A program made the translations under genes and the position numbers. From a virus: a stretch of DNA of 64,000 nt. Shown one piece after another: positions 58,941 to 64,000 of the stretch (its first letter is position 1; the number at the start of each line of letters is the position of its first letter). Location of the stretch: positions 37,923 through 101,922 of IMG/VR virus record IMGVR_UViG_3300042883_000874, one strand, 5' to 3'. A model generated the notes under the pieces. It was not told the DNA's origin. It did not search any database and saw only the letters and a list, made by a program, of their open reading frames with translations.

Positions 58941-58956
58941 ATGTTGTTTACTTGAA

Positions 58957-59223
58957 TTATCTCTCATAATGTTGTATTCTAAGTTTTTTTATTAAGTTAT
59001 TTACTTGGTCTTCTTTTTCTTTTTCATCTAAGCACATAACACCTCTTTGTATTGTAATTTGTTGTTGTAACCATCTGATTGCTTGTTGATATAGTGGTAA
59101 TTGAACAAGTCCTTCACCATTATCCATATCTTTAGATGCCATACAAGGGTCAGTAAAACCTAATTTTTTTAAATGTAAGGCCTGTTCATAAGAGATGAAC
59201 TCTTTTTCAAAATTGTGTTCCAT
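58957..59223 (-). CDS. Paralog of 56412-56807
   Basis: EFISYEQALHLKKLGFTDPC...PLYQQA.RW. Confidence 0.65.
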   Translation of the reverse strand: MEHNFEKEFISYEQALHLKKLGFTDPCMASKDMDNGEGLVQLPLYQQAIRWLQQQITIQRGVMCLDEKEKEDQVNNLIKKLRIQHYER

Positions 59224-59264
59224 GTTTTTTTGTTAAATTGTTGATTACTAATAAGTTAAAGTTG

Positions 59265-59620
59265 CTTAGTAAAAAGGTTGAATAGTCTAAATCAAAAACT
59301 AAAATTAAGCCAAAGACCTCTCTCTGTGTTCAAAGTCAAAGATAAAAACTAAGTCTTGTTGTGTATCCTCACAGAGTTCTTCACTCTGCTTTTTTGTGAG
59401 GTGCTGCCAGTTTTTCCCATAGGGTAACCTGTCAAGCCATTGGTATCTTTTGTGAAAAGACCCTACAAAACTAGTATTTAAGTTTACAGAGAAAGCGGTT
59501 GGTGTACCATAAGGTACTTTTAGTATATTAATAAATAATATGATTTTTTTTAGAGTTTTTAGGAACCTTTTTACTAAGTTTAAAGAGTAAGAGAATCAGC
59601 TTAGGCCTATCTCTTACTCA
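59265..59620 (-). ncRNA. Candidate large structured RNA downstream of the coiled-coil gene
   Basis: Perfect 15-bp closing inverted repeat, nested stems, hexamer repeats. Confidence 0.6.
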
Positions 59621-59632
59621 CCTTCAATGTAG

Positions 59633-60553
59633 TTAGGATTCAGGATCCAAGTTCTTTAAGAAAAGATCTATGGTACCCTGAAAACGAGGATCAATGGAGA
59701 TCCTTAGTGCAGAAGCCTGCTGAATCTTGGTCTGTCTATCAGACTCAAAATTCCCAAAAGCTACAGTAGCAGCCTCACTATGAGTGCTCATTAAGTCAGA
59801 GTAATCCTGTCTCAACTTTTGGTTGATTAGATTAATCTCTGATGCCTTAACAGCATTCTCTTTAGAGATGCGAGCATTCTCCTCAGTAACCAAGTTCTTA
59901 ACCTTGGCCTTGAAGTAATTTACTCTCTGCTCATAGCTTCTGTGTAAAGCAGCTAACTTCTCATGGAAGCTCAATAGCTCCTCTGAGGTGTGGTGAGCTT
60001 CCACCTTCACAGGTGTTTTTATACCACTCTGGAGCTCAATGAAGTCTAAGACTTTCACATTAGGCAAGTCCTTTCTAAGAACATCCAAAGGACAATTCTT
60101 ATGTATAAACTGCCCTATATGAGAAGCATAGGCTTCTTGCTCCAAATACTCAGAGTACTCAGCTTTTGAGAGACTATCCCATCCCCAGTCTTCCCCTACC
60201 ATGTCTTGAATTACAAGAGTATGGTACTCAGGTTGCTCTGGGGCCACTAAGCTATTAATGAACCTTTCTTTCTTAAGGTCATTAATTAAGGCATCCTTAG
60301 CCTTGATGTTGCTCATCAAGAATGCCTGGGTTGCATGCAGTTGGCCTTTTTCTACCAACAGTTCTACTATATTAGTAGGAACCGGCTTACCTACTTGCAG
60401 CATGTAGGTTTCTCCATTGGTTTTGAAAACCTTTGAAGAGTTATTAATACCACTAATGGTATTACTAATCTCAGATGCTCTTTGATTACAAAGATTTGAG
60501 ATACTTGCTGCTTGTGATAAGCTTAAGCCTGTTTTGTCTAGATTATTTCTCAT
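59633..60553 (-). CDS. Coiled-coil protein (~306 aa; likely start MRNNLDKTGLSLSQA)
   Basis: Long helical ORF with GC-richer codon usage than its neighbours. Confidence 0.75.
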   Translation of the reverse strand: MRNNLDKTGLSLSQAASISNLCNQRASEISNTISGINNSSKVFKTNGETYMLQVGKPVPTNIVELLVEKGQLHATQAFLMSNIKAKDALINDLKKERFINSLVAPEQPEYHTLVIQDMVGEDWGWDSLSKAEYSEYLEQEAYASHIGQFIHKNCPLDVLRKDLPNVKVLDFIELQSGIKTPVKVEAHHTSEELLSFHEKLAALHRSYEQRVNYFKAKVKNLVTEENARISKENAVKASEINLINQKLRQDYSDLMSTHSEAATVAFGNFESDRQTKIQQASALRISIDPRFQGTIDLFLKNLDPES

Positions 60554-60633
60554 AATACTGTCTAAAGGGTTGACCAATACACCCAGAGGTTTTAGTTTTG
60601 TTGTTTGATTTGATTGTTGAATTGTTTGTTTTG

Positions 60634-60909
60634 TTAGATTAACCCATAGTTTTCAGGGTTATCTAACATATCCATGCCCATATGATAAGCAATATCATGG
60701 TCAACTTGGCTTATTGCTTCTTTCTGTAAAGCAATTAACTCTTCTCTTAATCTATTATTAAGTTTAAAGTCACCTATTGTCATGAATCCTTTTCTAAGGA
60801 CTGTACCTACAGGAGGTATATCAGCTACATATAGTTCTATTGTACTTTCTATACCTAAGCATTTAAGAGCTGTAATAGCTCTAACTGTTGCATCTTTAAA
60901 ATCTTCCAT
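60634..60909 (-). CDS. Hypothetical protein
   Basis: ORF. Confidence 0.55.
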   Translation of the reverse strand: MEDFKDATVRAITALKCLGIESTIELYVADIPPVGTVLRKGFMTIGDFKLNNRLREELIALQKEAISQVDHDIAYHMGMDMLDNPENYGLI

Positions 60910-61042
60910 GTCTGAGTTGGGGTTTAAGTTGTTGATTACTAATTGATTACATTCTTCAGGTAGACTAGTTCTAAACTAATCTACCACAGTTGAATGTTAC
61001 TGGTGGGTTCTTACGAATGAAGTATACCCACTAACCTTATGC

Positions 61043-61096
61043 ATTGCCTACACATATTTCTATGTGTTTCATCCCTTGAGGAATCATCAGGGCAAT
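61043..61096 (-). ncRNA. Type I hammerhead ribozyme
   Basis: AUUGCC-CUGAUGA-U(UCCU CAA GGGA)U-GAAA-CACAU(AGAAAU)AUGUG-UA^-GGCAAU. Confidence 0.8.
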
Positions 61097-61098
61097 TA

Positions 61099-61410
61099 TT
61101 ATTCATATCCTTGATTATCAGGGATATTTTCTCCATGAAAGTCATCATATTCTTTTAACTTTTCAGGAGATATAGTAGCTCTATGTTCTTTAATCTGTTT
61201 TTCTAATGAACAGATAAGAGCTCTTTGTTCATCTACCCACCATCTGTACTCAAGGTTCTCTTGATAAATATCAGATACATCTTCTATATCTTGTGAAGAT
61301 AACTGAGGTGGTCCTGTCATTATTAACTCTGATATAGCTGTGCTTAATTCAGAGTTTAATCCATCTAACCAAGTTAGTGGGTGTGATTCAGCTGTAATTT
61401 CTAGTTCCAT
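61099..61410 (-). CDS. Hypothetical protein
   Basis: ORF. Confidence 0.55.
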   Translation of the reverse strand: MELEITAESHPLTWLDGLNSELSTAISELIMTGPPQLSSQDIEDVSDIYQENLEYRWWVDEQRALICSLEKQIKEHRATISPEKLKEYDDFHGENIPDNQGYE

Positions 61411-61521
61411 TTTCTTTGAGTTGTTTTTTAGGGTTGGGTTAATTACTTAGATCCTATATTAGGCATAAAGATAGATTCATCATCTTGCCATATATATTCT
61501 TCATATTCTTCATCCATTGTT

Positions 61522-61719
61522 TTAAGATTTAAAGGGTTTAAATTGTTTATTTAGGAATTGATAGTACAATATCTTTGGTATGAAGTAGGCTGAGTTACCA
61601 AACTTATCAAAGTCTGCTAAGCTTGCATGTTCATCAAACCAAGGTTCATCCATAAGTTCCTGAGTTTCAGGCCATTGAACTAATACATATTCAAAATGTG
61701 TTGGGTCATCTACTTGCAT
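61522..61719 (-). CDS. Small phage protein
   Basis: YVLVQWPETQELMDEPWF...GNSAYFIP. Confidence 0.65.
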   Translation of the reverse strand: MQVDDPTHFEYVLVQWPETQELMDEPWFDEHASLADFDKFGNSAYFIPKILYYQFLNKQFKPFKS

Positions 61720-61744
61720 AGTTTATAAGATTAAAGGGTTAGTA

Positions 61745-61969
61745 TTATACAGGAACATAAATTATGTTATTATAATTCATTGTTAATCCTATAAATTGAA
61801 GTTCAGTACCATCTTTGTTGAATTGAAGACTAGTTAGGTAGTGACCTTTTCTTAGCATTTCTGTATTTGGGTATATATCTAAGTATAAAAAATTAATATC
61901 TCTATTGTGTTTGACTACAAGAAATCCAAATTCTTCATATCTATCTCTCATTTGATCTATTTTTGTCAT
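61745..61969 (-). CDS. Hypothetical protein
   Basis: ORF. Confidence 0.5.
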   Translation of the reverse strand: MTKIDQMRDRYEEFGFLVVKHNRDINFLYLDIYPNTEMLRKGHYLTSLQFNKDGTELQFIGLTMNYNNIIYVPV

Positions 61970-62343
61970 GGTTAATTGGGTTAATAGGTTAATAATTTTA
62001 AAGGCCTGGGTTACTCTCTCTTTCCTATAAGAGAAAACATTACTATAAGTAATAAGAGATATTATATGTATAGAGATATAATAAGAGAGTATATTACTAA
62101 GTTATATGTATTAAGATATAGTTTAACCTATCTTACTAGTACTTAGCTATATGACCCACCTAAAACAAATGAGCATAATTTAACTAAAAGCTAAATACTT
62201 TGAGTTATATGGATGGTTGATAGTATTAAACAGCCTCTAATCTATTATAATTCTATTTTTTTCCACAGCTATTACTATTCTTATCAATTTATAACTAGCT
62301 AATACACAGTGAGTTATATATTATTGGTCTACTTCTCTCACCG

Positions 62344-62751
62344 CTAGGATAAGAAGTTATTAGATATCTTAATACATCTATCTATAAACTCCTTATAGTT
62401 TGTGTTATGCTTCATGAAGTTACACAAAGTACAACATGATATCAAATTATCATGTACATAGCCTATTGTATTATCTATTCTGTCAATACCTATTCCTTTT
62501 ATAGGTTCATTACAGTAATGACAAGATGTATCCCAAAAGGTATTGAACTGCTCAATAGTTATATTAAAAGAATAACCTCTTCTTAAAGCTCCTCTCTTAT
62601 AAACATTGTATCTAGTCTTAGGTTGTTTATGATATTGATATTTAGTTTTACATGATTTCTGTACTATAACCCTTAAAGCTTTTTTACAAGATATACATCT
62701 TAAACTATTATTTGTTTCAGTAGGGTTACTACAATCTTTACATGTCTTCAT
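62344..62751 (-). CDS. HNH endonuclease
   Basis: CHYC...GIDRIDNTIGY..DNLISCCTLCNFMK; own TATATTTG at 62775-62782. Confidence 0.85.
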   Translation of the reverse strand: MKTCKDCSNPTETNNSLRCISCKKALRVIVQKSCKTKYQYHKQPKTRYNVYKRGALRRGYSFNITIEQFNTFWDTSCHYCNEPIKGIGIDRIDNTIGYVHDNLISCCTLCNFMKHNTNYKEFIDRCIKISNNFLS

Positions 62752-62981
62752 AATAAGTTATTTACTTGTTTCTACAAATATACAAAATATAATGGAGATA
62801 ACCTAATAAATGTGGAGACAAAGTTTCACACACACAATAGACCTGGACCAAATCCCCACAGCTTTACTACAAAATACACAAAGCCACAGTTACAGAGTAA
62901 GTAAAGACATAGACCTGAGACCACAACACAGGCTTAACTAATTAATATACAATCAGTTAAGTCTATGTATACAGTCTAAGT

Positions 62982-63018
62982 AAAAAAAAACAGTAGAGGT
63001 ATTACCCCCTACTGTTTT
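62982..63018 (-). terminator. Intrinsic terminator
   Basis: AAAACAGTAG..CTACTGTTTT hairpin with long U-run. Confidence 0.8.
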
Positions 63019-63029
63019 ATATGTCTTAT

Positions 63030-63338
63030 CTAAAATGCTTTAGATAAGTTAGGTGCAGACGTAGTTGCTACTACTGCACTCTTAGGTCCTAATGTAGATA
63101 CTACATTAGCTTTACCTTGCGGATGTATCATCCATGAAGGTTCACCTGTTTCAGGTGTAAACCAAGACACTGCTAAGTCTTCTGCTAACACAGTAACCTT
63201 ATCAGATAATCTGTAAGTTCTACCATTGGTATCCTTACCAAATAGTTTTCCTGTGTTCTCATTCAGGATGATGTCAAAGCTGATGTTTTCAGAGTTGATA
63301 ATTGACATGATGTTGCGAGTCTGTTCAAATGTTGCCAT
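63030..63338 (-). CDS. Hypothetical early protein
   Basis: ORF; TATATTTG at 63443-63450 upstream, terminator downstream. Confidence 0.65.
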   Translation of the reverse strand: MATFEQTRNIMSIINSENISFDIILNENTGKLFGKDTNGRTYRLSDKVTVLAEDLAVSWFTPETGEPSWMIHPQGKANVVSTLGPKSAVVATTSAPNLSKAF

Positions 63339-63497
63339 TGTGAGTTGTGAGTATATGGGTTATTCTGTACACATTTTGTGTAAAGGACATATATCAATCT
63401 AAAAAATGGGTTAAAAAAAGAAAGCAAGTCAAAAAAAGAAAGCAAATATACAGCAGTAGTCCATGTCCATGTCTATAAGAGAAAAACAAACAGTAGA

Positions 63498-63698
63498 TTA
63501 CTCTACTGTATTGTTCTCTGCTGCATTAAGCTGACCTTCCATGTATGATTGAAGATGGTCTCTTAATTCTGTTAAAGCCATTTCTTGTCCTATAGCATTA
63601 TAGTGCAAATAGTCTGTATCTATAGATAAGTGTTTTGCTTTATAATCTATTGATATGTCAATCATCTCAATGATTGCTAGTACTGTAGTTGTGTCCAT
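63498..63698 (-). CDS. Hypothetical protein
   Basis: ORF. Confidence 0.55.
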   Translation of the reverse strand: MDTTTVLAIIEMIDISIDYKAKHLSIDTDYLHYNAIGQEMALTELRDHLQSYMEGQLNAAENNTVE

Positions 63699-63708
63699 GT
63701 TTTAAGTT

Positions 63709-63864
63709 TTAGGGTTTAATTAAATTAAAATCTTCAATAGATAAACATCTATGTTCTCTCCATTGTGGAGAATCAAACCAACAATCTACACCTTTAGTTC
63801 CAATTTCATAGTTTACTAATACAGAAGCTGGTGAGATAAAATACTTTTCAATAATTGTTTCCAT
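63709..63864 (-). CDS. Small hypothetical protein, 51 aa (METIIEKYF...)
   Basis: Translated by hand. Confidence 0.5.
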   Translation of the reverse strand: METIIEKYFISPASVLVNYEIGTKGVDCWFDSPQWREHRCLSIEDFNLIKP

Positions 63865-64000
63865 GTTATATAATTTTAAAAGTTAATATCAACCATAACA
63901 ATGGGATAAAAAAAGAAAGCAAAAACATTTAGAAGAGAGTCCATATAGGACTCAATCTTCTACCAGCAGCATAGTACTACTATACCAATGTCCATAAAGG

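Noticed and set aside
59265-59578. Retron or DGR assignment for the inverted-repeat RNA
   Set aside because: No reverse transcriptase and no TR/VR pair in the window
60945-61000. Second hammerhead suggested by CUGAAGA next to a stem
   Set aside because: No GAAA or stem III/NUH in the required positions
1-64000. Stop-codon reassignment as seen in some crAss-like phages
   Set aside because: Giant ORFs are intact in the standard code, TAG and TGA serve as real stops, and no suppressor tRNA was seen
52000-64000. CRISPR-like or other repeat-spacer array
   Set aside because: No regularly spaced repeat-spacer series found; repeats occur only in 2-3 copies

Overview
This window is part of an AT-rich (~30% GC by eye) lytic dsDNA phage of the crAss-like (Crassvirales-type) lineage, probably infecting a Bacteroidota host. 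Host evidence: TTTG-N19/20-TAnnTTTG promoters and A-rich start regions without Shine-Dalgarno sites. The standard genetic code is used. 1-26.6 kb (+) is the virion-cargo block of giant genes: a 1823-aa protein with a PD-(D/E)xK nuclease, a 3673-aa virion RNA polymerase (DFDVD, zincin HExxH), a 782-aa P-loop plus nucleotidyltransferase protein and a 1122-aa protein. A bidirectional terminator follows. 26.6-52 kb (-) is the replication and metabolism module (MazG-like, dNMP kinase, PolB, exonuclease, MoxR/vWA cluster, primase, RecT-like, DnaB, UDG, ClpS, SF2 helicase, ParB-like). 52-64 kb (-) holds small early genes, tRNA-Arg(UCU), a hammerhead ribozyme and several structured non-coding tracts. 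Top observations: (1) four consecutive, nearly Cys-free giant virion proteins carry Cys at exactly the termini that face each other, suggesting a head-to-tail cysteine-linked chain; (2) a coiled-coil gene is followed by a ~315-nt structured RNA closed by a perfect 15-bp inverted repeat; (3) extreme CpG depletion; (4) a homing endonuclease split the dNMP kinase P-loop, leaving a duplicated N-terminus and bringing its own promoter; (5) repeat-bounded cassettes at the RNAP C-terminus. All annotations come from manual motif reading, with no database searches.
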